The position numbers and the translations under genes were made by a program. A stretch of 64,000 nt of DNA from Burkholderiales bacterium (GTDB taxonomy: Bacteria; Pseudomonadota; Gammaproteobacteria; Burkholderiales; SG8-39), in contig JBAUTZ010000310.1 of NCBI GenBank assembly GCA_049582445.1, positions 6,419 to 70,418 of the forward strand, given 5' to 3'. The notes under the pieces were generated by a model. It was not told the DNA's origin. It did no database searches and saw nothing but the letters and a program-made list of their open reading frames with translations. Shown one piece after another: positions 8,386-18,847 of this stretch (positions within the stretch are counted from its first letter, which is position 1; each line of letters opens with the position of its first letter).

Positions 8386-9662
8386 GGCCGACCATGACGC
8401 CGCTCAAGCGACGCGAATTCATCAAACTTGCCGGCGCCGCGACGGCGCTGTCGCTGGCGGGATGCGCCGGCGTGGGGGGCAGCAAGCCCAAGGTGGTGGT
8501 CATCGGCGGGGGATTTGGCGGCGCTACGGCCGCGAGGTACATCCGCAAATGGGATCCTTCCATCGAGGTCGTGATGGTCGAGCGGGAAGCGTCGTTCACT
8601 TCGTGCCCGATGTCGAACCTGGTGATCGGCGGCAACCGCAGCATCGATGAGATTCGCCGCACCTATGACGGCCTGCGCCGCGTCGGCGTGCAGGTTGTCA
8701 CCGACGAAGTCACCGCGATCGACACCCGGGCGCGCGTGGTAAAGCTTGCAAGGGGGGGCAACCTCACGTACGACCGGCTCGTGGTTTCCCCCGGCATCGA
8801 CTTCATGTTCGACACGATCGAGGGTTACGAACCGGCGCTGGGCGCGCAAGAAGTCCTGCATGCTTGGAAGGCGGGGCCGCAGACGGTGGCGTTGCGGTCC
8901 CAGCTCGAGCGCATGCCGGATGGCGGCGTGTACCTGCTATCCATCCCGTCTGCACCGTATCGCTGCCCTCCGGGGCCCTACGAGCGCGTCTGCCAGGTCG
9001 CGCATTACTTCAAGACCTACAAGCCACGCTCCAAGATCCTGGTGCTCGACGCCAACCAGGACATCGTGTCCAAGGGCAAATTATTCCGTGAGGCCTGGAC
9101 GAGCCTGTATCCGGGAATGATCGACTACAAGCCGCAGAGCAATGTCGTCGCGGTGGACGGCGGGTCGATGGCAGTCAAGACCGAGTTCGACACCTTCAAG
9201 GCAGATGTTCTGAACGTGGTGCCTGCACAGCGCGCCGGAAGCATCGCCGCGGGAGCCGGCCTGGTCACACACAACAACCGGTGGTGCGACGTCGACTGGA
9301 TGACCTGTGAGTCGAAGGCGGCCAAGAACGTGCACATCATCGGCGATGCGACGCTGTCGGCGCCCGCCATGCCCAAGTCGGGGCATATGGCCAACTCGCA
9401 AGCCAAGGTCTGCGCTGCTGCGGTCGTCGCACTCATCAACGGTCAAGCGCTCGACCCAACGCCGGTGGTCAACAACACCTGCTACAGCTACGTCTCCGAC
9501 AAGGAGGCGGTGCACGTAGCCTCCGTGCACCAGTGGGATGCAGGGGCCAAGACCCTCCAGCCGGTCAAAGACGCCGGCGGACTGTCCCAGGCACGTAATG
9601 GAGCGGAGGGTGCGCTCGCGTGGAGCTGGGCGCAGAACATCTGGGTGGACACCCTAGGCTAG
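8382..9662 (+). CDS. fccB: Flavocytochrome c sulfide dehydrogenase flavoprotein subunit (FccB/SoxF-like), with a Tat signal and a lipobox
   Basis: The twin-arginine motif KRREFIK is present, LSLAGC is a lipobox, and VVVIGGGFGGATAA is an FAD dinucleotide fold. The start is GTG 8382 or ATG 8394. Confidence 0.8.
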   Translation: MRPTMTPLKRREFIKLAGAATALSLAGCAGVGGSKPKVVVIGGGFGGATAARYIRKWDPSIEVVMVEREASFTSCPMSNLVIGGNRSIDEIRRTYDGLRRVGVQVVTDEVTAIDTRARVVKLARGGNLTYDRLVVSPGIDFMFDTIEGYEPALGAQEVLHAWKAGPQTVALRSQLERMPDGGVYLLSIPSAPYRCPPGPYERVCQVAHYFKTYKPRSKILVLDANQDIVSKGKLFREAWTSLYPGMIDYKPQSNVVAVDGGSMAVKTEFDTFKADVLNVVPAQRAGSIAAGAGLVTHNNRWCDVDWMTCESKAAKNVHIIGDATLSAPAMPKSGHMANSQAKVCAAAVVALINGQALDPTPVVNNTCYSYVSDKEAVHVASVHQWDAGAKTLQPVKDAGGLSQARNGAEGALAWSWAQNIWVDTLG

Positions 9663-9720
9663 CGCCGCGCCATTAGACCATCCTGCCGCGATCCGACAAC
9701 GTTCCCGGCAGTACGCTACG

Positions 9721-10167
9721 TCACCGTCCCGTGCTGCCGAACCCCTCCGCGCCTCGGCTCGAGGCGGCGAATTCATCGACCACGTGCAGCTCGACCTGTG
9801 CGACCGGCACCACCACCAGTTGTGCGACGCGATCCATCGGCTGGATGGTGAACGCGGCTTTGCCGCGGTTCCATACCGAGAGCAATACCTCTCCCTGGTA
9901 GTCCGAGTCGATCAGACCGAGGAGATTGCCGAGTACGATGCCGTGCTTGGCGCCTAGCCCCGAGCGTGGGAGCACGATTGCGGCATAACCCGGGTCGGCG
10001 AGGTGAATTGCGATGCCTGAAGGCACGAGTTGACTGTCGCCCGGCTCCAGCGTCAGAGGTGCGTCCACGCAGGCCCGCAGGTCGAGACCCGCTGCGCCAG
10101 GCGTGGCGTAGTGGGGCATGGCGTGACGGACCCTCGGGTCGAGTACCTTCACCTGTAGCTTTTGCAT
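9721..10167 (-). CDS. dut: dUTP diphosphatase
   Basis: [10 protein letters not shown]...AAGLDLRA...RSGLG...[10 protein letters not shown] are the dUTPase motifs. The ATG at 10167 lies 4 nt downstream of the coaBC stop. Confidence 0.95.
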   Translation of the reverse strand: MQKLQVKVLDPRVRHAMPHYATPGAAGLDLRACVDAPLTLEPGDSQLVPSGIAIHLADPGYAAIVLPRSGLGAKHGIVLGNLLGLIDSDYQGEVLLSVWNRGKAAFTIQPMDRVAQLVVVPVAQVELHVVDEFAASSRGAEGFGSTGR

Positions 10168-10171
10168 GTCG

Positions 10172-11374
10172 TTATTTTCGCTTGCCGGCGGCGAGCATGC
10201 CCGCGATATGCAGCATGAGCTTGCGCGCCAGATCCAGCTTCGCACCGCGGCCCAGAGGGTGTGGGCCGAGTTCATCGAATAGGGTAATGTCGTTTTCATC
10301 GGCGCCCAGCGCCTGGTGGGCGAGATTCGCAGCGACGAGCTGCAACTTCTTCTTCCTGCGCTTGGCCTCCGCGTGCTCCGCCAGCTTTTCGCTCTCCGCG
10401 GCAAACCCGACGCAGAAAGGCGGTCTGGTTCGCTTCGCGACCCATTCGAGGATATCCGGGTTCTCCTCCAAGACCAGTGTCGTGCCTCGGCCAGACTCCT
10501 TCTTGATCTTCTGCCGGGCCGGGCTTTTGACCCGGTAGTCGGCGACCGCCGCGACCGAAACGAACACGTCGCAAGCGCTCACGGCAGCCTTTACCGCGTC
10601 GAACATCTCGCCGGCGGTTCGCACGTCGACGCGGGCCGCTCCGGTGGGCGTCGGCAGTGAGACTGGGCCGCTGACTAGCGTTACCTGTGCGCCCGCCTCG
10701 TGCGCCGCACGTGCCACGGCAAATCCCATCTTTCCTGAACTCAAATTGGTGATCACTCGCACCGGATCGATCGGTTCCTCCGTCGGACCTGCAGTTACCA
10801 GCACGCGTTTCCCCGCTAGGACCTTCGGCTGGAAGAACGCCTCGATTTCCTCGGCGATCTGCGCAGCTTCGAGCATGCGGCCCATTCCCGTCTCGCCGCA
10901 GGCCTGATCGCCCGCCGTGGGCCCCGCGAAGGCAACCCCGTCATCGCGTAGCGTCAGCACGTTTCGTTGTGTCGCAGGGTTTTCCCACATCTCGACGTTC
11001 ATCGCCGGAGCCAGCATGAGCGGGCAGCGGCGAGCAAGTACGAGCGTCGAAAGAAGATCGCCAGCCAGGCCCACTGCCAGCTTGGCGATGAAATCGGCGG
11101 AAGCCGGCGCCACGACGATCAACTCGCGGTCGCGGGACAGCTCTATATGCCCCATGTTGTCACCGACGCGAGCGTCCCACAGGTCGGTCCACGCCGGTTG
11201 CCCGCTAAGCGCCTGCATGGTCACGGGCGTCACGAAACGCGTCGCGGCTTCGCTCATGGCAACACGCAGATCGACGCCCGCCTTGACCAGGATGCGTGCG
11301 AGCTCGGCTGCCTTATAAGCAGCGATGCCTCCTGTCATGCCGAGTAGCAGCTTCTTACCCTTGATCGATGTCAT
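10172..11374 (-). CDS. coaBC: Bifunctional phosphopantothenoylcysteine decarboxylase / phosphopantothenate-cysteine ligase
   Basis: 400 aa. The N-terminal flavoprotein domain has GGIAAYK, and a C-terminal CoaB domain follows. The coaBC-dut arrangement is conserved. Confidence 0.95.
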   Translation of the reverse strand: MTSIKGKKLLLGMTGGIAAYKAAELARILVKAGVDLRVAMSEAATRFVTPVTMQALSGQPAWTDLWDARVGDNMGHIELSRDRELIVVAPASADFIAKLAVGLAGDLLSTLVLARRCPLMLAPAMNVEMWENPATQRNVLTLRDDGVAFAGPTAGDQACGETGMGRMLEAAQIAEEIEAFFQPKVLAGKRVLVTAGPTEEPIDPVRVITNLSSGKMGFAVARAAHEAGAQVTLVSGPVSLPTPTGAARVDVRTAGEMFDAVKAAVSACDVFVSVAAVADYRVKSPARQKIKKESGRGTTLVLEENPDILEWVAKRTRPPFCVGFAAESEKLAEHAEAKRRKKKLQLVAANLAHQALGADENDITLFDELGPHPLGRGAKLDLARKLMLHIAGMLAAGKRK

Positions 11375-11434
11375 CGGCCCGGGCGCTAGCGCGTTGGATG
11401 GAAAGGGATTCTAGGTGAATTCAGGGGGGGGCGC

Positions 11435-12109
11435 ATGGCAATTACCGACTGGCCTAGCGAGCAACGCCCACGCGAGCGCCTGCTGGCGCGGGGGCCGGCC
11501 CTGCTCTCCGATGCCGAGCTCGTCGCGCTGTTCTTGCGCACCGGTGTCGCTGGCAAAAGTGCCGTTGCGTTGGCGCAGGAGCTGCTCGAACGTTTCGGAG
11601 GTCTCCGGGGCCTGCTCGGCGCTGACCATCGCGCCTTCCGGCGGGTGAAAGGGTTCGGCGACGCAAAGGCTGCGCAGCTCGCTGCGATCCTCGAGCTTGC
11701 CCGTCGTTGTCTCGGGGAGGAAATGCGCGTGGGCACGGCGCTCACCTCACCCGGTGCGGTGCGCGACTACCTGAGGCTCGCGCTCGGAAACCGCGAGTAC
11801 GAAGTGTTCGCGGCCCTGTTCCTCGACGCGCAGCACCGCGTGGTCGCAGCCGAGGAACTATTCCGCGGAACGCTAACGCAAACCAGCGTGTATCCGCGCG
11901 AGGTGGTCAAAGCGGCGCTGCGTGCCAACGCGGCTGCGGTGATCTTCGCCCACAACCATCCTTCCGGCATTGCGGAGCCCAGTCAGGCGGACGAGTTGCT
12001 CACGCGCACTCTGAAGGAGGCGCTCGCGCTGGTGGAAGTGAAGCTGCTCGATCATTTCATCGTCGCCGGTAGCCAGACTCTGTCGTTCGCCGAGCGCGGA
12101 CTTCTCTGA
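11435..12109 (+). CDS. radC: RadC-family (UPF0758) JAB-domain protein
   Basis: [24 protein letters not shown] is a helix-hairpin-helix region, and the C terminus has the HNHPSG JAMM motif. Confidence 0.9.
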   Translation: MAITDWPSEQRPRERLLARGPALLSDAELVALFLRTGVAGKSAVALAQELLERFGGLRGLLGADHRAFRRVKGFGDAKAAQLAAILELARRCLGEEMRVGTALTSPGAVRDYLRLALGNREYEVFAALFLDAQHRVVAAEELFRGTLTQTSVYPREVVKAALRANAAAVIFAHNHPSGIAEPSQADELLTRTLKEALALVEVKLLDHFIVAGSQTLSFAERGLL

Positions 12110-12112
12110 ATC

Positions 12113-12142
12113 TTGAAAAGCCCATGATTATTCGCGTATAAT
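12113..12142 (+). promoter_or_regulatory. Putative sigma70 promoter of rpmB-rpmG
   Basis: TTGAAA (12113..12118), an 18-nt spacer, then a perfect TATAAT (12137..12142), 27 nt upstream of the rpmB ATG. Confidence 0.55.
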
Positions 12143-12168
12143 CTCAGTTTTTTCGCGGAGCGCCATCC

Positions 12169-12432
12169 ATGTCCCGAGTCTGTGAAGTCACCGGCAAGAA
12201 GCCGATGAAGGGCAACCTGGTTTCGCACGCCAACAACAAAACCCGCCGCGTGTTTCAACCCAATTTGCACTACCGCCGCTTCTGGGTCGAAAGCGAGAAT
12301 CGCTGGGTCCGCCTGCGGGTATCTACGGCGGGGCTGCGCCGTATCGACAAGCTTGGCATCGACGTCGTTCTGGCCGAAGTGCGCGCCAAGGCGAAGGCAA
12401 AGGCCGCGGCCGGCTCTCGGGTCAAGGTCTAA
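12169..12432 (+). CDS. rpmB: 50S ribosomal protein L28
   Basis: [33 protein letters not shown] is canonical L28. Confidence 0.95.
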   Translation: MSRVCEVTGKKPMKGNLVSHANNKTRRVFQPNLHYRRFWVESENRWVRLRVSTAGLRRIDKLGIDVVLAEVRAKAKAKAAAGSRVKV

Positions 12433-12444
12433 ACGGAGTCCACC

Positions 12445-12600
12445 ATGCGCGAGAAAATCAAGCTCGAATCGACCGCCGGTACCGGCCACTTCTACACCAC
12501 CACGAAGAACAAGCGCACCACGACCGAGAAGCTTGAGATTCGGAAATACGATCCCAAGGCGCGCAAACACGTGGTTTATAAGGAAGCCAAGCTCAAATAG
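12445..12600 (+). CDS. rpmG: 50S ribosomal protein L33 (51 aa; below the ORF-track length cutoff)
   Basis: My translation is [59 protein letters not shown] is present, and the gene sits directly after rpmB. Confidence 0.9.
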   Translation: MREKIKLESTAGTGHFYTTTKNKRTTTEKLEIRKYDPKARKHVVYKEAKLK

Positions 12601-12616
12601 TACGTTCTTGGCGCGA

Positions 12617-12647
12617 ACAAAAAAGCCCGCTTAGGCGGGCTTTTTTG
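12617..12647. terminator. Bidirectional Rho-independent terminator between rpmG and the convergent desaturase gene
   Basis: AAAAAGCCCGC-ttag-GCGGGCTTTTTT. Confidence 0.8.
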
Positions 12648-12668
12648 TTTCTATGGGCCGTCGTCGAC

Positions 12669-13856
12669 TTACGCGTAGCAGCGCAGCCGTCGCGAGAAGT
12701 CCTGCAAAGGTGCGATGCCACTTGATTCTGCGCGATGGCACCAGTCTTGCAGCTGCCGCAAAAGCTGCTCTTTCGATGCGCTCGAGCGCTCCCAGAGTGC
12801 GACCAGTTCGTGGCGCATTGCCACCACGGTCGCCAGCGCACGCGAGTTCTTCAGCGCCTCGCCGAGTCTCGCGCGCTCTGCTTCCGAAAGTCGTTGCGCG
12901 CGCAACAGCGCCCGCTTCAGCGACTTTAGCGCCGCAGCGTCCTTCGGCGACCAGTGGGTCAGGCGGTCCAGCTCTTCCCGATAGGTCTTCTTGATCGACT
13001 TCGCGTAGCGTGAAAGAACATCGTATCGGTTGGCGATGACCGCATGCAGGGTGTCGAAGTCGGCAGCGGCCTTCGGTTCCGCGAAACGCGGCTTCGGTGC
13101 TACCTTCTTCACCGACGCCAGTCCCAGCATCTCGAGGGTGCTGATGTATAGCCATCCGATGTCGAACTCGTACCACTTGTTCGAAAGCTTGGCCGACGAG
13201 GCGAAGGCGTGGTGGTTGTTGTGCAACTCCTCGCCTCCGATCAGGATGCCCCATGGCACGATGTTCGTGCTGGCATCAGCGCAATCGTAGTTACGGTAGC
13301 CGAAATAGTGGCCCAGGCCGTTGATCACGCCGGCCGCCCAGAACGGGATCCACACGATTTGCGTCAGCAGGATGAGCGCTCCCGGCACCAGACCGAAAAG
13401 CAGGAGGTCCGCGGCCCCCATGACGGTCAGGCCCAGGATCGCGTATCGGGAGTAGAAGTTGCGCTCGATCCAGTCATCCGGCGTGCCGTGGCCATACCGC
13501 TCCATGGTCTCCGGATTGCGCGACTCTTTGACGTAGAGGAACACTCCGGCCCACAGCACCCGGTTGATGCCCAGCACTTGCGGGCTATGAGGATCCTCCG
13601 CGGTCTCGCACTTCGCATGGTGCTTGCGGTGAATAGCCGCCCACTCCTTGGTGACCATCCCGGTCGTTAGCCACAACCAGAAGCGAAAGAAGTGCGACAC
13701 GATCGGATGCAGGTCGAGCGCGCGGTGTGCTTGGTGGCGATGCAGGAATATCGTTACCGACGCGATGGTTACGTGCGTGAGGCCGAGAGCCACGAGCACG
13801 TAACCCCACCACGGCAAATCGAAGAATCCGGAAAAAATCATCAGGTTGGCCCGCAA
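12669..13856 (-). CDS. desA: Membrane fatty-acid (delta-9-type) desaturase, DesA-like
   Basis: Three histidine boxes are present (HRHQAH, HRKHH, HNNHHAF). The length of 395 aa and the long helical C-terminal extension match the Pseudomonas DesA type. Confidence 0.8.
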   Translation of the reverse strand: MRANLMIFSGFFDLPWWGYVLVALGLTHVTIASVTIFLHRHQAHRALDLHPIVSHFFRFWLWLTTGMVTKEWAAIHRKHHAKCETAEDPHSPQVLGINRVLWAGVFLYVKESRNPETMERYGHGTPDDWIERNFYSRYAILGLTVMGAADLLLFGLVPGALILLTQIVWIPFWAAGVINGLGHYFGYRNYDCADASTNIVPWGILIGGEELHNNHHAFASSAKLSNKWYEFDIGWLYISTLEMLGLASVKKVAPKPRFAEPKAAADFDTLHAVIANRYDVLSRYAKSIKKTYREELDRLTHWSPKDAAALKSLKRALLRAQRLSEAERARLGEALKNSRALATVVAMRHELVALWERSSASKEQLLRQLQDWCHRAESSGIAPLQDFSRRLRCYA

Positions 13857-14115
13857 TAGTCGTTATGAAGTCAGGCGGCCGTCATTGTACGTGAATCCCC
13901 CTCGCGCGCAAGGAACAATCCCTGCGCTTGCGCCGCATCGCAAATTGCTCAATGCGGCCGATAAGTTCCTGCGCCGAAAGGCAAAATCCAGCGCGCAGAA
14001 AACCGCACCTTACTATCAGCCCGCCATAAGAGTACATGCGGATAGGAAAGTTCCGCCTGGCTCGGAATCGCGCGCCCACGTGTAAGAATGACTATCGTTC
14101 CGGAGGGAGGTTTGC

Positions 14116-14886
14116 ATGACTGATCTGCTCACCGATCCACAGTCTTGGATCGCTTTCGCGACCCTCACCGCGCTCGAGCTCGTGCTCGGGATCGACAACA
14201 TCATATTCATCTCGATTCTTGTCGACCGGCTGCCACCGGCTCAGCGCGATCGCGCGCGCCGAGTGGGTTTGTTCGGGGCGATGTTCATGCGTATCGGACT
14301 GCTACTGGTCCTGGCGTGGATTATCGGCCTCACCGCGCCACTGTTTACCGTCCTGGGCACGCAGATTTCCGGGCGCGACCTCATTCTCATCGGCGGCGGA
14401 TTGTTCCTGCTGTGGAAGAGCACGGTCGAGATCCACCAACTGCTCGAGGGCGAGGAGGACCACGGCCAGGCTGACACCGCGCGCGCCTCATTCGGCGCGC
14501 TGATCGCCCAGATCATGGTGATCGACCTGGTGTTTTCGCTCGACTCCATCATTACCGCGGTCGGCATGGTGAAGAACGTGGAAGTGATGATCGCGGCAGT
14601 CGTCGCCTCGGTTGCGCTGATGATGGTATTCGCCGGTCCCATCGGGCGCTTCGTTTCCATGCATCCGACGATCAAGATGCTCGCGTTGTCCTTCCTGGTC
14701 GTGGTCGGAGTGGTACTCGTCGCCCAGGGCTTCGGTCACGACGTCCCCAAGGGTTACATCTATTTCGCGATGGCATTCTCGGTGTGCGTCGAGATGCTCA
14801 ACATACGGATGCGCCGTGCGAAGGTGAGACCGGTGCACCTGCATGCGCGTTACGCGCCGCGTGACAGCGATCAGGACTCGCCCTGA
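14116..14886 (+). CDS. TerC-family integral membrane protein
   Basis: ELVLGIDNIIFISIL and SLDSIITAVGM are the paired TerC motifs. GGAGGGAGG RBS. Confidence 0.85.
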   Translation: MTDLLTDPQSWIAFATLTALELVLGIDNIIFISILVDRLPPAQRDRARRVGLFGAMFMRIGLLLVLAWIIGLTAPLFTVLGTQISGRDLILIGGGLFLLWKSTVEIHQLLEGEEDHGQADTARASFGALIAQIMVIDLVFSLDSIITAVGMVKNVEVMIAAVVASVALMMVFAGPIGRFVSMHPTIKMLALSFLVVVGVVLVAQGFGHDVPKGYIYFAMAFSVCVEMLNIRMRRAKVRPVHLHARYAPRDSDQDSP

Positions 14887-16145
14887 GCGTCTTGGCGGCG
14901 GGCGAACGCCGCCGCGAAGAAGCCGTCGGTATCGTGGCGATGTGGCCAGAGTTGCAGCGTCGGCCCAGTGGCAAGGGTGATGCGCTGGGCAGCCAGCAGC
15001 TCGTCACACGCAAGCGGCAGAAACTCCGGGTGGGCCGCGGCAAAACTCTCGGCAACGGCCTCGTTCTCCTCCCGCAGGATGCTGCATGTGGCGTAGACCA
15101 GGCGTCCTCCCGGTTTCACCAGCCGCGCTGCCGCGCGCAGGATGTCTGCCTGCTTTCGTGCCAGCTCTGCGATCGACGCCGGGACATGGCGCCACTTCAG
15201 GTCCGGATTGCGGCGCAAGGTGCCGAAGCCGCTGCACGGGGCGTCAACCAGCACTCGATCGATCTTCGCCGAGAGGCGCTTGGCGCGGACATCGCCTTGC
15301 CCCTCCAGGACCAGAGGGTGCACGTTGGAGATACCGGCTCGCGCAGCGCGCGGCGCAAGCGCCTGCAGGCGCCTTGCGGAAACGTCCATTGCATAGAGCC
15401 TGCCCGTGCCGCGCATGATCGCGGCCATCGCCAGCGTTTTGCCTCCCGCCCCGGCGCAGAAATCGACGATCATCTCGCCGCGACGCGGCGCAACGAGATA
15501 GGCCAGCAACTGGCTGCCTTCGTCCTGTACCTCGATCAGGCCCTGCTCGAATAGCTCATGGCGATTGATCGGCGGCTTTCCGGCAAGTCGTATGCCCGCC
15601 GGCGAAAAAGGTGTCGGCACGCCGTCGATTCCGCTTGCGGCAAGCCGCTGCAGCACGGTATCGCGGTCGATGCGCGCCAGGTTGACGCGCACGTCGAGCG
15701 GCGCGGAGCCGAGTAGTCCCTGGGCGATAAGCATCGCCTCGGCCGGGCCCTGCTCGGCCTCGAGCCGCTGCCACAGCCAGTCGGGCAGGTCGGCCCGGAC
15801 GGCGGGCGACCAGTGCTCGGCCTTCGCGGATCGCGCGCGGGCGACGAGTTCGTCCTCTCCCCTGCGCAGCACCCCGTGCATCGACCGCGCGGACATTCCC
15901 TGCACCCGCGCGAGCGCCGCGATCAGCAGCGCACGCGGCGCCGCGGATCCAACGGCAGCCTCTAGCGAGCGCCGCCTGCGCAGCAGCGCATACACGCTTT
16001 CGGCGACGAACGCGCGATCGGCCTGCCCCAGTTCCCGGTGCGCACGGAAGTATCGCGAAACGGCCTGGTCGGCGGGTCCCGCAAAGCGCAGCAGATCCGC
16101 CGCAAGGGCCTCGGCGTGCGCAAGCTGCCCCGCATGCAAATTCAC
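14871..16145 (-). CDS. rsmB: RsmB/NOP2/Sun-family RNA (cytosine-C5) methyltransferase
   Basis: DFCAGAGGKT is the SAM motif, and the catalytic cysteines sit in DAPCSGFG and ATCS. The GTG start overlaps the upstream stop (GTGA). Confidence 0.8.
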   Translation of the reverse strand: MNLHAGQLAHAEALAADLLRFAGPADQAVSRYFRAHRELGQADRAFVAESVYALLRRRRSLEAAVGSAAPRALLIAALARVQGMSARSMHGVLRRGEDELVARARSAKAEHWSPAVRADLPDWLWQRLEAEQGPAEAMLIAQGLLGSAPLDVRVNLARIDRDTVLQRLAASGIDGVPTPFSPAGIRLAGKPPINRHELFEQGLIEVQDEGSQLLAYLVAPRRGEMIVDFCAGAGGKTLAMAAIMRGTGRLYAMDVSARRLQALAPRAARAGISNVHPLVLEGQGDVRAKRLSAKIDRVLVDAPCSGFGTLRRNPDLKWRHVPASIAELARKQADILRAAARLVKPGGRLVYATCSILREENEAVAESFAAAHPEFLPLACDELLAAQRITLATGPTLQLWPHRHDTDGFFAAAFARRQDAQGES

Positions 16146-16825
16146 GGGATGTCGATTCGGGTCGCCACCTGATCGATGCGCGTACCGTCCTTATCTACGA
16201 TCAGCAGACGCACCGGGAGGTAGCCACGGTCGACCGCCAGCCACAGTTCGGTCGATTTGTCTTCGGGACCGTCTTTCTGCTTGACCAGCTTGAGCGTGTC
16301 GAACTCGCCCGCGGGCGTCTTGAGCGGCTCGCGCCCTCCCACCTTGTAGGTGTACTTCGAGATTCCTTTGCCGTCGGCCGAATTCACCGTTACCGGCTGG
16401 GAGCCGGGCACCGCGAACGAGAACGTAAACGCGACCGACAGGCGGTCCTGAGCGTTCGCGGGCATCGGCTGTACTTCGGGCGGCCCCTTGAACTTCATGG
16501 TGAGCGTCCGACGTGCCCAGTCGAAGCTCGCGCTCGCGGGGTCGCGCCGGGGGCGTTCATCGGTGAACTCGAGCGGTTGCAGTCCATGTGGGCCAATGAT
16601 GCCGCGGCTGGTGCGCCTGATTTGCCCAAGAAACGCCAGCGGACCCTTGCCCCTGGTGTCCTCCTCGATGCTGTACGTCTTGTCATCGTGCTGCAGCTTC
16701 TCGACGACCTCGGCCAGGCTCGTGCCGTTGTACATCACGTCGTAGGTGATCTCCGCGCGCTGAGGCGGTGCCGCGTGGGCACCGACGCTGGCGCTAATCG
16801 CGATCGCTGTAAACCAGCTGCGCAT
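16142..16825 (-). CDS. DUF3108-like exported protein
   Basis: The start is set at ATG 16825 (MRSWFTAIAISASVGAHA is a signal peptide). The part of the track ORF upstream of this is the antisense/overlap of purN. The family call is from memory of purN-adjacent DUF3108 genes. Confidence 0.6.
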   Translation of the reverse strand: MRSWFTAIAISASVGAHAAPPQRAEITYDVMYNGTSLAEVVEKLQHDDKTYSIEEDTRGKGPLAFLGQIRRTSRGIIGPHGLQPLEFTDERPRRDPASASFDWARRTLTMKFKGPPEVQPMPANAQDRLSVAFTFSFAVPGSQPVTVNSADGKGISKYTYKVGGREPLKTPAGEFDTLKLVKQKDGPEDKSTELWLAVDRGYLPVRLLIVDKDGTRIDQVATRIDIP

Positions 16826-17411
16826 GATTGTCCTTAACACGCACCACCCCGGCGTCGACGACCAGCTTGCCCTCCAGAAACCAGCGCACCGCGCGCGGAT
16901 AAACAACGTGCTCCTGGCGCAGAACCCTCGCCGCGAGCGTATCCGGTGAGTCGTCCGGCCGCACAGGGACCGCCGCCTGGGCGATGATCGGCCCTTGATC
17001 AAGCTCCGCGGTCACGAAATGCACGGTGCAGCCGTGCACCTTGACGCCGGCGGCGAGGGCCCGCTCGTGCGTCTCGAGTCCCGGAAACGCCGGCAACAGG
17101 GACGGATGAACGTTTACCACCCGGCCGTCGTAGCGAGCCACGAATGCCGGCGTCAGCACGCGCATGAATCCGGCGAGCGCCAGGAGCCTGGGTGCGTAGC
17201 GATTGATCTCGCCGGCGAGCGCGGTATCGAAAGCCTCGCGCGAGGCGAACTCTCGGTGCGCGACGACGCACGTCGGCACGCCGCGCTGGCGCGCGATCGC
17301 CAGCCCCGCGGCATCGGCGCGGTTGCTGACCACCGCAGACACGGGCAGTCCGGCGTCCAGCAGCGCCTGCATGTTGCTGCCGCGGCCGGAAATGAGGACG
17401 ACGACTGACAT
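16794..17411 (-). CDS. purN: Phosphoribosylglycinamide formyltransferase
   Basis: VVLISGRGSNMQAL and NVHPSLLPAFPG are PurN motifs. Confidence 0.95.
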   Translation of the reverse strand: MSVVVLISGRGSNMQALLDAGLPVSAVVSNRADAAGLAIARQRGVPTCVVAHREFASREAFDTALAGEINRYAPRLLALAGFMRVLTPAFVARYDGRVVNVHPSLLPAFPGLETHERALAAGVKVHGCTVHFVTAELDQGPIIAQAAVPVRPDDSPDTLAARVLRQEHVVYPRAVRWFLEGKLVVDAGVVRVKDNHAQLVYSDRD

Positions 17412-17434
17412 TGCGGGGCGAATGTTACCAGCCC

Positions 17435-18835
17435 CTATTTCGGTTCACCCGATCCCGTCATGCGCTCGGGTCGCACCCATCGGTCGAAATCCTCCGCACT
17501 CACGTAGTTGAGCGCGAGCGCCGCCTGGCGCAGCGTAGTCCCCTCTAGGTGCGCTTTCTTCGCGATTTCCGCGGCCTTGTCGTATCCGATCCTGGGCGCG
17601 AGCGCGGTGACCAGCATCAGCGAGCGCTCGACGAGTTCCGCGATGCGGCCTTCGTTCGCCTGGATGCCGCGCACGCAGTGCGCCTCGAACGACTTGCAGC
17701 CGTCGGCCAGCAGCCGCGCGCTCTGCAGGAAGTTGTGTATGAGCACCGGCTTGAAGACGTTCAGCTCGAAATTTCCAGAGGCACCGGCATAGTTGATCAC
17801 GACGTCATTGCCGAAGACCTGGGCGCACAGCATCGTCAGCGCCTCGGCCTGGGTCGGGTTGACCTTGCCTGGCATGATCGAGCTGCCGGGCTCGTTCTCC
17901 GGCAGCGACAACTCTCCCAGACCGGAGCGGGGCCCGGACGCGAGCCAGCGCAGATCATTCGCGATCTTCAATAGCGCTGCCGCGAGCGTCTTGAGCGCAC
18001 CGTGCGCGAATAGCAGCGCTTCGTGCCCCGCAAGCACGGCGAATTTATTGCGCGCGGCGTTGAACGGGAGGCTGGTCGCGCTCGCCAGATCGAGCGCCAC
18101 GCGCGGGCCGAACTCCGGGTGCGTATTCAGTCCTGTTCCCACTGCGGTGCCGCCGATCGCCAGCTCGTGGAGCCCTTCCTGCGACGCTGCGATCGCGTCG
18201 CTCGCCCGTTCCAGCTGCGCCACGTATCCCGAGAACTCCTGTCCAAGCGTGAGCGGCGTTGCGTCCTGCAGATGCGTACGCCCGATCTTGACGACCGCCG
18301 CGAAGGCATCCTGCTTCGCCGCGAGCGCCGCGCGCAGCCGCTCCAGCGCGGGCAGCAGGTCCTCGCGAATCGCGCGCGCCGCGGCGACGTGCATTGCGGT
18401 CGGGAAGACGTCGTTGGAAGACTGCCCGCGATTGACGTCGTCGTTGGGGTGCACCAGGCGCCTGACGCCGCGTTCGCCCCCCATCAGCTCGGAGGCCCGG
18501 TTGGCCAGAACCTCGTTCACGTTCATGTTCGACTGCGTTCCAGAACCGGTCTGCCAGACCAGAAGCGGGAATTCAGCGTCGTGCCGGCCGTCGAGCACTT
18601 CGTCCGCCGCGCGTTCGATCGCCGCGGCTTTCGCCGGGTCGAGCAGTCCGAGGTCCCGGTTGACGCGCGCGGCGGCGCGCTTGACGAGCGCAAGCGCGTG
18701 AATCACGGCAAGCGGCATGCGCTCGTCCGAAATCCGGAACAGGCGTCTGCTTCTTTCCGTTTGCGCGCCCCACAGTCTGTCTGCCGGGACCTCGATCGTC
18801 CCGAAGGAGTCCTGCTCGAGGCGCGAATTGCCCAA
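17435..18835 (-). CDS. fumC: Class II fumarate hydratase
   Basis: 466 aa, with the [13 protein letters not shown] signature and [18 protein letters not shown] at the N terminus. TTG start with a GGAG RBS. Confidence 0.95.
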   Translation of the reverse strand: MGNSRLEQDSFGTIEVPADRLWGAQTERSRRLFRISDERMPLAVIHALALVKRAAARVNRDLGLLDPAKAAAIERAADEVLDGRHDAEFPLLVWQTGSGTQSNMNVNEVLANRASELMGGERGVRRLVHPNDDVNRGQSSNDVFPTAMHVAAARAIREDLLPALERLRAALAAKQDAFAAVVKIGRTHLQDATPLTLGQEFSGYVAQLERASDAIAASQEGLHELAIGGTAVGTGLNTHPEFGPRVALDLASATSLPFNAARNKFAVLAGHEALLFAHGALKTLAAALLKIANDLRWLASGPRSGLGELSLPENEPGSSIMPGKVNPTQAEALTMLCAQVFGNDVVINYAGASGNFELNVFKPVLIHNFLQSARLLADGCKSFEAHCVRGIQANEGRIAELVERSLMLVTALAPRIGYDKAAEIAKKAHLEGTTLRQAALALNYVSAEDFDRWVRPERMTGSGEPK

Positions 18836-18847
18836 GACTGAGCTCCG

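Noticed and set aside
13857-14115. A possible yybP-ykoY (Mn/alkaline) riboswitch in the 260-nt leader of the TerC-family gene
   Set aside because: I could not find the conserved GGGGAGUAG or UUGACA...AGACC elements. Only a small CCGCAT...ATGCGG hairpin is present. A covariance-model search would be needed to revive the idea.
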